DNA of 7,851 nucleotides from NCBI GenBank assembly GCA_903916665.1, contig CAIWXP010000191.1, positions 1 to 7,851 on the forward strand. The letters run 5' to 3'. A program made the position numbers and the translations under genes. Below the pieces are notes generated by a model that searched no databases, was not told where the DNA came from, and saw nothing but the letters and a program-made list of their open reading frames with translations. This document shows, piece after piece, positions 1 to 6,164 of this stretch. Within the stretch, counting starts at the first letter, position 1. Every line of letters starts with the position of its first letter. This stretch comes from Candidatus Iainarchaeum sp. (GTDB taxonomy: Archaea > Iainarchaeota > Iainarchaeia > Iainarchaeales > 0-14-0-20-30-16).

Positions 1-334
1 GATGAAAATTATCTTTGGCAGCTTCAGAATTAAATTTATCTTGTAATTCTTGAACTTTCTTAGAAGCCATATCTTCAGTTTTTTCTAAAGTTTTTATTCT
101 CATTTCTAAATTACTTATTTCAGTTTTTAAATCTTTAATTAATTTTGATTTATCAACTTTTAACATTACAAATCCTAAATTTTTATAGGCTGATTCTTCT
201 TTACTTTCTTCCAATTCTTCAATTGCATTTTTTGTGGTATCAATTACCATCTTTAATTGTGTTTTTTGCATACCTATATTTTGTAATTGTGTATTATACT
301 GATTAAATATTTGAAATTCCTCATTTGAAACCAT
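1..334 (-). CDS. pfdB: Prefoldin beta subunit (GimC beta). ATG is at 334-332 and the C-terminus runs off the left window edge (111 codons visible).
   Basis: Hand translation of the minus strand gives MVSNEEFQIFNQYNTQLQNIGMQKTQLKMVIDTTKNAIEELEESKEESAYKNLGFVMLKVDKSKLIKDLKTEISNLEMRIKTLEKTEDMASKKVQELQDKFNSEAAKDNFH, with no in-frame stop. It shows the coiled-coil / beta-hairpin (YKxxGxVMLKVDK) / coiled-coil layout typical of prefoldin beta. GGAGGA lies 6 nt upstream of the ATG. This is the expected last gene of the archaeal exosome superoperon. It is absent from the ORF track because the stop lies outside the window. Confidence 0.78.
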   Translation of the reverse strand, partial: MVSNEEFQIFNQYNTQLQNIGMQKTQLKMVIDTTKNAIEELEESKEESAYKNLGFVMLKVDKSKLIKDLKTEISNLEMRIKTLEKTEDMASKKVQELQDKFNSEAAKDNFH

Positions 335-348
335 AAAAATTCCTCCAT

Positions 349-603
349 TTATTCTTCATCAATTTTATTTTCTTTTAATCGTGTATCTAATTCTGAAAAC
401 ATTCTTAATTTCATTAATACAGAATTTACTGTTGCTCTTACAGAAGTAAAATCTTTCGATTTAATAATAAAACTTAATTTATTATCTTTTTGTTTCAAAG
501 AAACATCTGCTCGTCCTTTATCAAATAAATCATGAATTATTGAATCATACATTTCTTTTGCATGTTTGTCATTAACATCCAATGTTAAAACAATATCTGA
601 CAT
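349..603 (-). CDS. pcc1: KEOPS complex subunit Pcc1 (CTAG/Pcc1 family), 84 aa
   Basis: The small size fits the family. The C-terminal helix DFTSVRATVNSVLMKLRMFSEL matches the conserved Pcc1 pattern D-x-x-x-L/V-R-A-x-x-N-S-x-L-x-x-I/L, as I recall it from Pyrococcus Pcc1 (DTSALRAALNSYLRWIKV). The position between the Brix gene and prefoldin beta is the conserved superoperon slot. The ATG lies 2 nt after the Brix stop. Confidence 0.75.
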   Translation of the reverse strand: MSDIVLTLDVNDKHAKEMYDSIIHDLFDKGRADVSLKQKDNKLSFIIKSKDFTSVRATVNSVLMKLRMFSELDTRLKENKIDEE

Positions 604-605
604 TT

Positions 606-1100
606 TTATTCTTCCTTAAAATTCTCATTTGCAAAGGTTAATTTAAATGCGGGTCCAATTTCTTTTTTCTCAAAAAATATTGATGTTGCATTTTTCAAAT
701 CTTTAACAACATAATCTGATTTATCTTCTATATTCAAATCAAATTGTTTTAGTATATGACTTAGTGCCAAATCTTCTGTTTTTAAAGAAAAAGATCTAAT
801 TCTAACATTATCTTGACCAGATATTTCCGCTCTAGTTCTTAATAACTTAATAAAATAAGAATCTCTCCATTCCCATGTTTTTTCATTAACTAACATTACC
901 AATAATTGTTGAGGATTTCCATTTTTTTCAGTAATTATAATTACAAATTCTACTCCTTTGTAACGAGCATCTGCAATTAAATCACTAATAGAAGTTTTAC
1001 CTCGAGTAATATAATTTGCACCAAATAAAAATGCTAATTGTTTTGCAAACGTTCTTACTCTTGTACTTGGTTTTCTTGATGTAGTTAAATAATTTGGCAT
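606..1100 (-). CDS. Brix-domain (Imp4/Rpf-like) ribosome biogenesis protein, 164 aa
   Basis: The N-terminus, LTTSRKPSTRVRTFAKQLA, is the signature archaeal Brix-domain opening (TTSRKPSxRxRxFxKxL). Size and superoperon position fit. AGTGAT lies 3 nt upstream of the ATG. Confidence 0.85.
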   Translation of the reverse strand: MPNYLTTSRKPSTRVRTFAKQLAFLFGANYITRGKTSISDLIADARYKGVEFVIIITEKNGNPQQLLVMLVNEKTWEWRDSYFIKLLRTRAEISGQDNVRIRSFSLKTEDLALSHILKQFDLNIEDKSDYVVKDLKNATSIFFEKKEIGPAFKLTFANENFKEE

Positions 1101-1113
1101 AGTATCACTTCAT

Positions 1114-1251
1114 TTATTCTGCTTTAATCGTTTTAACCACTTCTGGTCTAACCTTTTCAATTACTCTAAATGAACAGTATGGACATCTTATTGGACCATC
1201 TAATAAAGAATCAAATTCTTTACCACATCTTACACATTTATATTTAGTCAT
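1114..1251 (-). CDS. rpoP: DNA-directed RNA polymerase subunit P (Rpo12 / Rpb12 homologue), 45 aa. Not present in the supplied ORF track.
   Basis: Hand translation gives MTKYKCVRCGKEFDSLLDGPIRCPYCSFRVIEKVRPEVVKTIKAE. It has a CxxC...CxxC zinc ribbon (C6, C9, C23, C26) and the RCPYC-x-x-R-I/V motif typical of archaeal RpoP. AGAGGA lies 5 nt upstream of the ATG (1251-1249), and the TAA stop is at 1116-1114. It sits directly downstream of rpl37ae, as in other archaea. Confidence 0.88.
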   Translation of the reverse strand: MTKYKCVRCGKEFDSLLDGPIRCPYCSFRVIEKVRPEVVKTIKAE

Positions 1252-1262
1252 AAAAATCCTCT
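1247..1262 (-). repeat. Copy A of an exact 16-nt direct repeat (minus-strand AGAGGATTTTTATGAC). This copy is the RBS plus start codon of rpoP.
   Basis: Plus-strand gtcataaaaatcctct at 1247-1262 is identical to 1314-1329. Confidence 0.9.
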
Positions 1263-1318
1263 TAATTTTTTATGATATCTATTGTAATTTCTATTTTTGA
1301 AATTATCAATTGTGTCAT
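1262..1318 (-). CDS. Candidate micro-ORF, 18 aa (MTQLIISKIEITIDIIKN). It could be a real small peptide, a translational-coupling ORF, or a by-product of the duplication.
   Basis: ATG at 1318-1316 is preceded by the same AGAGGATTTTT context as rpoP. The TAA stop (1264-1262) abuts the GAGGA of the rpoP RBS (TAAGAGGA). No homology is recognised, and the length is far below anything that can be called from sequence alone. Confidence 0.2.
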   Translation of the reverse strand: MTQLIISKIEITIDIIKN

Positions 1319-1329
1319 AAAAATCCTCT
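1314..1329 (-). repeat. Copy B of the same 16-nt repeat, lying 1 nt after the rpl37ae stop codon. It provides the RBS and ATG for the 18-codon micro-ORF.
   Basis: Plus-strand gtcataaaaatcctct at 1314-1329 is identical to 1247-1262. The two copies are offset by 67 nt. Confidence 0.9.
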
Positions 1330-1330
1330 A

Positions 1331-1600
1331 TCACTTCTTTTCTGATTTTAATGCTTTACCATTTTTATCAAATAACTTATTAACCATTGTTGTTTTCATT
1401 AATGTTTCTGGCTCATAAGCTCCACCTGCAAATTCTTTTCCACAGTTTGAACATAGGAAAATACCTGCTGCTTTTCGTTTTACACTATCTTTTCCACAAT
1501 AAGGACAAGCTTGTTTTTGATATTTATATTTACTTTCAACAGCCAAAACGTTTTTTCTAATTTTTGACCCATATTTTGAACCAAATCTACCCATAGTCAT
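1331..1600 (-). CDS. rpl37ae: Large-subunit ribosomal protein L37Ae (eL43), 89 aa from the ATG at 1600. The ORF track begins 3 codons earlier at a GTG (1609).
   Basis: GRFGSKYGSKIRK followed by the zinc ribbon CPYCG-x14-CSNCGKEFAGGAY is the eL43 signature. The first codon in the ORF track is GTG inside the Shine-Dalgarno GGGGTG (1606-1611). ATG at 1600-1598 lies 6 nt downstream of that motif, so it is the more likely start. Confidence 0.9.
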   Translation of the reverse strand: MTMGRFGSKYGSKIRKNVLAVESKYKYQKQACPYCGKDSVKRKAAGIFLCSNCGKEFAGGAYEPETLMKTTMVNKLFDKNGKALKSEKK

Positions 1601-1637
1601 GTTTGACACCCCTTAATTTTAGGCAATAAATTTTCAT

Positions 1638-2447
1638 TTATTTCTTTTTCATTGCATTCATTAATTTTTTATGAACTACATCATAATTTTTTAATGCAAT
1701 GCTAACAATATCTTTTATTTCATCGATTTTAAATGATCCTTCTGCTCCTTTTTGTATTGCAACCATTTTTTTATCATTGGTTATTGCAATTGAAAATCTT
1801 GCGTTTGATGCTGCTTCTTCAACTAATTCTGGATCTAAAATAATTTTATCATCAATTTTTACAAATGTAAATAATAATGGATCATTTGTAAATTCAACAA
1901 CTTTATTTTCATATTCTCCTTTTACTATTGTACAAGTATCTTCAGTTAATTCTATTTTTGGAAATCTTGCATTTTTCATTGCTGCCAATGCAGCATATTC
2001 ACAAGCATCAAATAGATTTCCATCATTATTCATAATGTACATATCTACGTAAACCATCCAAACGAATTTTCCTTCTTTTATACACAGTTTTTTCCAATCT
2101 ATTCCTTTAGATTCTCTCAATGCTCTATCAACAACTCTTGATAATTCAATTGATGTTTCATCAGGAGGTCCAGTTCCAAAACTTGGATCTGACATTGGAC
2201 TTAATTCTATCCCTATACTAATTGACCCTTCATCAGGATTATCAGGATATGGTTTATCAATTAATATTTTTACACCAGCAATAATTTTTGTTTTGCCGTA
2301 GGTGAAAATACAAGATCCGTCTGCATTTAGTAAAGTATTTAATTCCATACTAATATCTCTTGTATCCAAGAATCCTCTTTTTGATAATCTTTTATTTTCA
2401 GCAATTTCTTGCTTTACCATTTCTGCTTCATAAAAATGTTCTTTCAT
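1638..2447 (-). CDS. rrp42: Exosome complex component Rrp42 (the non-catalytic RNase PH-like subunit), 269 aa from the ATG at 2447. The ORF-track start at 2459 is the alternative.
   Basis: RNase PH-fold motifs are present: DGSCIFTYGKTKIIAGVK, IDKPYPDNPDEG, GPPDETSIELSRVVDRALRES, and NDGNLFDACEYAALAA. These align closely with my recollection of Sulfolobus Rrp42. ATG at 2447 has a perfect GGTGAT SD 4 nt upstream and lies 1 nt after the rrp41 stop. ATG at 2459 would give an unusual 11-nt overlap. Confidence 0.87.
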   Translation of the reverse strand: MKEHFYEAEMVKQEIAENKRLSKRGFLDTRDISMELNTLLNADGSCIFTYGKTKIIAGVKILIDKPYPDNPDEGSISIGIELSPMSDPSFGTGPPDETSIELSRVVDRALRESKGIDWKKLCIKEGKFVWMVYVDMYIMNNDGNLFDACEYAALAAMKNARFPKIELTEDTCTIVKGEYENKVVEFTNDPLLFTFVKIDDKIILDPELVEEAASNARFSIAITNDKKMVAIQKGAEGSFKIDEIKDIVSIALKNYDVVHKKLMNAMKKK

Positions 2448-2448
2448 T

Positions 2449-3183
2449 TTAATCACCATTAAAGTCGTCTTTGAATCGTTCTTTCAAAACTTTGACTTGC
2501 ATATCTTTTATTTCTTTACAACTTTTTCTTGCAACTTCTAAAATTTCATTAAATTCTTTTTCTGTCAATGGACCATCCATTTGCATCAAAACAACTTCAT
2601 CACTATTTGGCAACATTGCAATGGGCAAATCAACAGCATCTGGAGCATCTTCTTCGTGTTTACTCAAATCAGATATTAATTTTCCACCTGCTTTACCAAC
2701 AGATGTTCCAGAAACCAAATCTTTCATTGGGATTCCTGCGTCAGCTAAAGCTAAACTTGCTGCCAATAATGCAGTTATTCTTGTTCCTGCATTTGCATCT
2801 AAAATAGTTACAAAAACATCAATTGCAGTGTTTGGGAATTGTTCTAATTCTGCAGCTCTACTCAATGCTTCTCCAGAAACTTTTGATATTTCAATTTCTC
2901 TTCTTCCAGGCTTTGGATTTTTTCTGTCGGGCACTGAAAAAGGAGCCATTCTGTAAAAATATCTTATTGTTGCTTTGTTTGGATTTGCCATATGCTTAGG
3001 TAACATTTCCCTTGGACCATATACTGCAGCAACTGCTTTATTTTGACCCCATTCAACATAGGCTGAGCCATCTGCTCTATCAATTACACCAACTTTCAAA
3101 TTAATTGGTCTTTGTTCAAATTGACCTCGACCATCAAATCTTTTTCCTTTTTGATCGAAGTACCATTCCTCATTTTTTACCAT
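2449..3183 (-). CDS. rrp41: Exosome complex exonuclease Rrp41 (the catalytic RNase PH subunit), 244 aa
   Basis: GKRFDGRGQFEQRPINLKVGVIDRADGSAYVEWGQNKAVAAVYGPRE is the canonical Rrp41/RNase PH N-terminus. The phosphate-binding DANAGTR motif and the acidic segment EEDAPDAVDLP are retained, which is consistent with an active subunit. GAGTGAT lies 5 nt upstream of the ATG. Confidence 0.92.
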   Translation of the reverse strand: MVKNEEWYFDQKGKRFDGRGQFEQRPINLKVGVIDRADGSAYVEWGQNKAVAAVYGPREMLPKHMANPNKATIRYFYRMAPFSVPDRKNPKPGRREIEISKVSGEALSRAAELEQFPNTAIDVFVTILDANAGTRITALLAASLALADAGIPMKDLVSGTSVGKAGGKLISDLSKHEEDAPDAVDLPIAMLPNSDEVVLMQMDGPLTEKEFNEILEVARKSCKEIKDMQVKVLKERFKDDFNGD

Positions 3184-3193
3184 AGTTTATCAC

Positions 3194-3814
3194 TCACTTC
3201 ATTTTCTGTAAATAAATATTCATTTTATCTGTTAAATTATCCACATGAGAATATTTTGAAATAACTTCCAATGCATTTTTTACAATACTTGGTTTCCCAT
3301 CTTGAATAAAAATATTTCCATTTGCTCCTACCAATATTTTTGAACCTGAAAATTTTTCTAATAATGTAATCATTGATCTATGTTTTCCAATTACTCTTGG
3401 AACTTTTTTTGCAGAAACATTTAATAATATTCCATCCTCTAATTTTGCTTGAATATCAATTGTCATATCTTTAATTTCATTAACACCAATAACTTGACAC
3501 AACATCAAATCTCCTGGTTTTAATTCTGTTTTAATACTTCTTTTATGCACATAGGGCATATGATAAGATTTCACATCTAAAATATAACCATTCATATCTT
3601 GTGCAGTTATCATTCCAATAATTTGATCTCCTTCTTTTGGAGTATATTTTCCATTTAATGGAACTACTTGCGTGTCTTCACCTTGATAAAGAACACCCAA
3701 ATATTTTGAATAGGTTTTTTCATTTTCTGTATAAATACCTGAGCCTCTTTCAGCTTTATCAGATATTAATTCACCTGGTACTACAATTGTTTTTGTCATA
3801 TCCATATCACTCAT
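3194..3814 (-). CDS. rrp4: Exosome RNA-binding cap subunit Rrp4 (N-terminal domain + S1 + KH), 206 aa. It may instead start at the third ATG (3799), giving 201 aa.
   Basis: IVVPGELI opens the N-terminal domain. The S1-like core is PKEGDQIIGMITAQDMNGYILDV...LKPGDLMLCQVIGV. The KH segment is VPRVIGKHRSMITLLEKFSGSKILVGANGNIFI. The gene sits immediately upstream of rrp41-rrp42. GAGTGAT overlaps codons 1-3 and lies 6 nt before the ATG at 3799. Confidence 0.87.
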   Translation of the reverse strand: MSDMDMTKTIVVPGELISDKAERGSGIYTENEKTYSKYLGVLYQGEDTQVVPLNGKYTPKEGDQIIGMITAQDMNGYILDVKSYHMPYVHKRSIKTELKPGDLMLCQVIGVNEIKDMTIDIQAKLEDGILLNVSAKKVPRVIGKHRSMITLLEKFSGSKILVGANGNIFIQDGKPSIVKNALEVISKYSHVDNLTDKMNIYLQKMK

Positions 3815-3819
3815 TTATT

Positions 3820-4515
3820 TTATTGAATATCAAATTGTGCCTGTCCTTTTGTTAACCCTGAAATTGTATTCATAAAAGCATCCTTTTCTCCTGCCGGCAC
3901 TTTAGCAGAAAAAATAAAAGCCGTTGATTCCCATTTTCTATCTTGGATCTCATATTTATTTATTATTGAATTTACTTTTCCCGCAAACTGTATTGGAATT
4001 GTTGCTTTGAAAATAACTGTTTTAAATTCCATTGGTAATATTTCAGTTAATTTTTCAATAATTCTTTCTATTTGTTGGTCAATGGGTCTTTGAGTATCTA
4101 TTTGAATTTTAGCAGTTTCCAATGAACTTTCTACTCTTGTGTAAGTGTGAGGTGCTTTTGTTACTGGGTTTGTTGAGTTTCTTACAATATATGCAATAAC
4201 TTCTTTTCTTTTCATTTCTGCTAATTTTCTTTTTTGTTCTGTTGTTAAATCTAAATGTCCTCTTTTTAAAATTACTTCAACAATTTTTACCAAATCTGTT
4301 GTACCAAAATGTTCTTGTAAAACTTTTTCTGAAACCAAATCGCCAGATTTTGCATTTTTATAAACTTCATCTGTTGCCATTAATTTGCTCATATTATTTG
4401 CAAGATCTTTATTTCCTTGGCTAATTTCTAAAGCCATATCCGGATCAACCATTATCTCAAATTTTTGACCTTTATCTTCATAGCTTGCTATTCTTGCATC
4501 ATTAATATTAACCAT
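3820..4515 (-). CDS. SBDS/Sdo1-family ribosome maturation protein, 231 aa from the ATG at 4515. The ORF-track start at 4533 adds MIKVML.
   Basis: MVNINDARIASYEDKGQKFEIMVDPDMALE parallels the archaeal SBDS N-terminus I recall (MVSLDKAVIARLxKGGExFEILVDP). It occupies the conserved slot between psmA and rrp4. AGTGAT lies 4 nt upstream of the ATG at 4515, whereas the 4533 ATG has no SD. Confidence 0.9.
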   Translation of the reverse strand: MVNINDARIASYEDKGQKFEIMVDPDMALEISQGNKDLANNMSKLMATDEVYKNAKSGDLVSEKVLQEHFGTTDLVKIVEVILKRGHLDLTTEQKRKLAEMKRKEVIAYIVRNSTNPVTKAPHTYTRVESSLETAKIQIDTQRPIDQQIERIIEKLTEILPMEFKTVIFKATIPIQFAGKVNSIINKYEIQDRKWESTAFIFSAKVPAGEKDAFMNTISGLTKGQAQFDIQ

Positions 4516-4552
4516 TAACATCACTTTAATCATTCAAAATTATTTTTTAGAA

Positions 4553-5269
4553 TTATTTCTTTGTTGTTTTTTTCATTTCTAATTCTTTTAAATCATTATT
4601 TTTAAACTCATAAAATTTTACATTTGAAAAATCAATTGTTGCTTTTTCATAAACTTCTTGCATTGCTTCTTTTAATAATTCCTGTGCTTGTTCTAAAGTC
4701 ATATTCTTTGTAAATTTCTTTTCAAATAAAACTGTTGCTTTTTGTTTTCCTCTTCCAATTGCCAAAGCACTATATTCGGCAACTGCTCCAGATGGTTCAG
4801 TTTCAAAAATATGATAGCCTGTATCATCTTTTCCAACAACAATAAATGATACTCCAAAAGGTCTCATTCCACCATATTGAGTAAATATTTGTTTTACTGT
4901 TGCTACTTTCTTTGCAACTGTGTTTACTTCAATTGGCTCATCATATAAAAATTTATTTTCTGCCGCAAACTCTCTTGCATTTTCAGATAACTTTCTAGCA
5001 TCTCCAGCCAAACCTGCTGAAATAAAATAAATATGATCATCTATCTTGAAAACCTTTTCAATTGAATCAGTTACCAAAAGTTTTGAATCAAAATTAAAAT
5101 CAACTACAAACAATATACCCTCTTTATAGCTAACTGCCATTGCTGGGGTACCTCTTTCAATAATCTTTGAGGCATATTCTACCTGATACAACCTTCCTTC
5201 TGGACTAAATACAGTTATAGCTCTATCATAGGCCATAATTGTGCTCTTATCTGCTTGCTGAGCAATCAT
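4553..5269 (-). CDS. psmA: Proteasome alpha subunit, 238 aa
   Basis: YDRAITVFSPEGRLYQVEYA is the invariant 20S alpha-subunit N-terminal motif, and the rest of the protein has the Ntn-hydrolase fold pattern. A strong SD, GAGGTG (5275-5280), lies 5 nt upstream of the ATG. Confidence 0.95.
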   Translation of the reverse strand: MIAQQADKSTIMAYDRAITVFSPEGRLYQVEYASKIIERGTPAMAVSYKEGILFVVDFNFDSKLLVTDSIEKVFKIDDHIYFISAGLAGDARKLSENAREFAAENKFLYDEPIEVNTVAKKVATVKQIFTQYGGMRPFGVSFIVVGKDDTGYHIFETEPSGAVAEYSALAIGRGKQKATVLFEKKFTKNMTLEQAQELLKEAMQEVYEKATIDFSNVKFYEFKNNDLKELEMKKTTKK

Positions 5270-5321
5270 AAATACACCTCTAAAACAAAGAATTAGACTA
5301 TTATATATATGATTTATATAA

Positions 5322-5329
5322 TTTATAAA
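5322..5329 (-). promoter_or_regulatory. Candidate TATA box (TTTATAAA) for the psmA-led operon
   Basis: The palindromic TTTATAAA lies about 53 nt upstream of the psmA ATG. A start site about 25 nt downstream would leave a leader of about 28 nt that still contains the GAGGTG SD. The spacer is extremely TA-rich and contains other TATA-like strings, so the assignment is weak. Confidence 0.3.
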
Positions 5330-5341
5330 GGTTATGTTATA

Positions 5342-6031
5342 CTACCAAACGCAATTTCGCTGCAAATATTTTAATAAATCTGCCTTTTCTTGCTCTTTTA
5401 AAGGGTAATAATTCACTAATTTTTGCCAAAAGAACAATTGTTGCGCTTCAGGAAGGTTTAATTCTCTTAAAATTGTAGATACCATGTGTATATCGTATGT
5501 AAAAGAAGTTGATAAATGAATATCATAATTAGGTTGTTTATGTTTTTGTAAAAGCTCAAAATCTATCAAATAAACTTCACTTTTTCTTACAGTTATGTTT
5601 ACAGGCATCAAATCACCATGGTGTATTCCTAATAGATGCATTAAAGCAACTTGTTTTGCCAAACTTAATGCCAATTTAAACCTTTCTTGAGAATTTGGAC
5701 GTTTTGTTTTCAAATAGGTTTCCAAATCTGTACCCGAATCTAGAAAAATAACTTCTTTATAATATCTTTTACCTTGAATTTCAACAATATTCTTTTCATT
5801 ATTTGGATCAACTAAAGGTAATTCAACATTTACTCCTTTTTCAGCTAATTCCAATATAGCTTTTAATCTACTTTCTAAAATCAAGGTTTTAACAAAAATA
5901 CTCTTTTTAGTATTTGGTAAATCTAACCTCATAACCTTTTTTTTAGTCCCTACAAAGACTCCTTTTGATTGATCTATTTTATCAGATTTAACTTCTGGTT
6001 TAACATATTTCCTTTCTTTTAATCTAAGCAT
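5342..6031 (-). CDS. Minimal protein-kinase-like (PKL fold) phosphotransferase, 229 aa. It resembles Bud32, RIO, Kdo and APH kinases, but the family is unresolved.
   Basis: The catalytic loop is H138-G-D140-L-M-P-V-N145 (HxDxxxxN). The metal-binding motif is VYLID157-F-E159. Candidate beta3 lysine is K48 (IFVKTL) and candidate alphaC glutamate is E53 (ESRLKAILELAEKG). No canonical GxGxxG loop is present (the region reads KGVFVGT). Confidence 0.6.
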   Translation of the reverse strand: MLRLKERKYVKPEVKSDKIDQSKGVFVGTKKKVMRLDLPNTKKSIFVKTLILESRLKAILELAEKGVNVELPLVDPNNEKNIVEIQGKRYYKEVIFLDSGTDLETYLKTKRPNSQERFKLALSLAKQVALMHLLGIHHGDLMPVNITVRKSEVYLIDFELLQKHKQPNYDIHLSTSFTYDIHMVSTILRELNLPEAQQLFFWQKLVNYYPLKEQEKADLLKYLQRNCVW

Positions 6032-6050
6032 AAATAACTATAAAAAGAAA

Positions 6051-6066
6051 CCTTTATATAATTCGT
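6051..6066 (-). promoter_or_regulatory. BRE/TATA element (minus-strand CACGAA-TTATATAA-AGG) placed to produce a leaderless kinase-like mRNA
   Basis: The TATA octamer TTATATAA (6061-6054) is centred about 26 nt upstream of the A of the ATG at 6031, which is the canonical archaeal TATA-to-start-site distance. The purine-rich CGAA immediately upstream resembles a BRE. No SD lies between TATA and ATG (TTTCTTTTTATAGTTATTT). Confidence 0.45.
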
Positions 6067-6164
6067 GGGTCTAATATTATTTACTAATTTTAATTTATTA
6101 AAAACATTATCTCAAATTATCGAATTTTTTGTATTTATGTTCAATTTAACTTGGAGGTATCTCT

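Noticed and set aside
2449-2459. The 11-nt overlap between rrp41 and the ORF-track version of rrp42 as a possible programmed frameshift or fusion site
   Set aside because: A perfect GGTGAT SD followed 4 nt later by ATG at 2447 explains the junction as ordinary stop/start coupling (stop at 2451-2449, start at 2447). There is no slippery heptamer and no sign of a fused product.
1699-2956. Long plus-strand ORFs (117, 161 and 79 aa) lying antisense to rrp42 and rrp41
   Set aside because: They lie wholly inside genes with strong family signatures on the opposite strand. Their products are low-complexity Ser/Phe/Ile/Leu/Asn-rich strings with no motif. Shadow ORFs of this kind are expected in AT-rich coding sequence.
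3637-4424. Plus-strand ORFs of 72 aa and 60 aa antisense to rrp4 and SBDS
   Set aside because: The reasoning is the same: they are shadow frames of well-supported genes, with Leu/Phe/Tyr-rich nonsense composition and no RBS.
5301-5321. Repeated TTATATA heptamers and TA-rich strings upstream of psmA, considered as a structured repeat
   Set aside because: This is low-complexity TA sequence of the sort expected in an archaeal promoter spacer. It has no longer periodicity or conserved unit.
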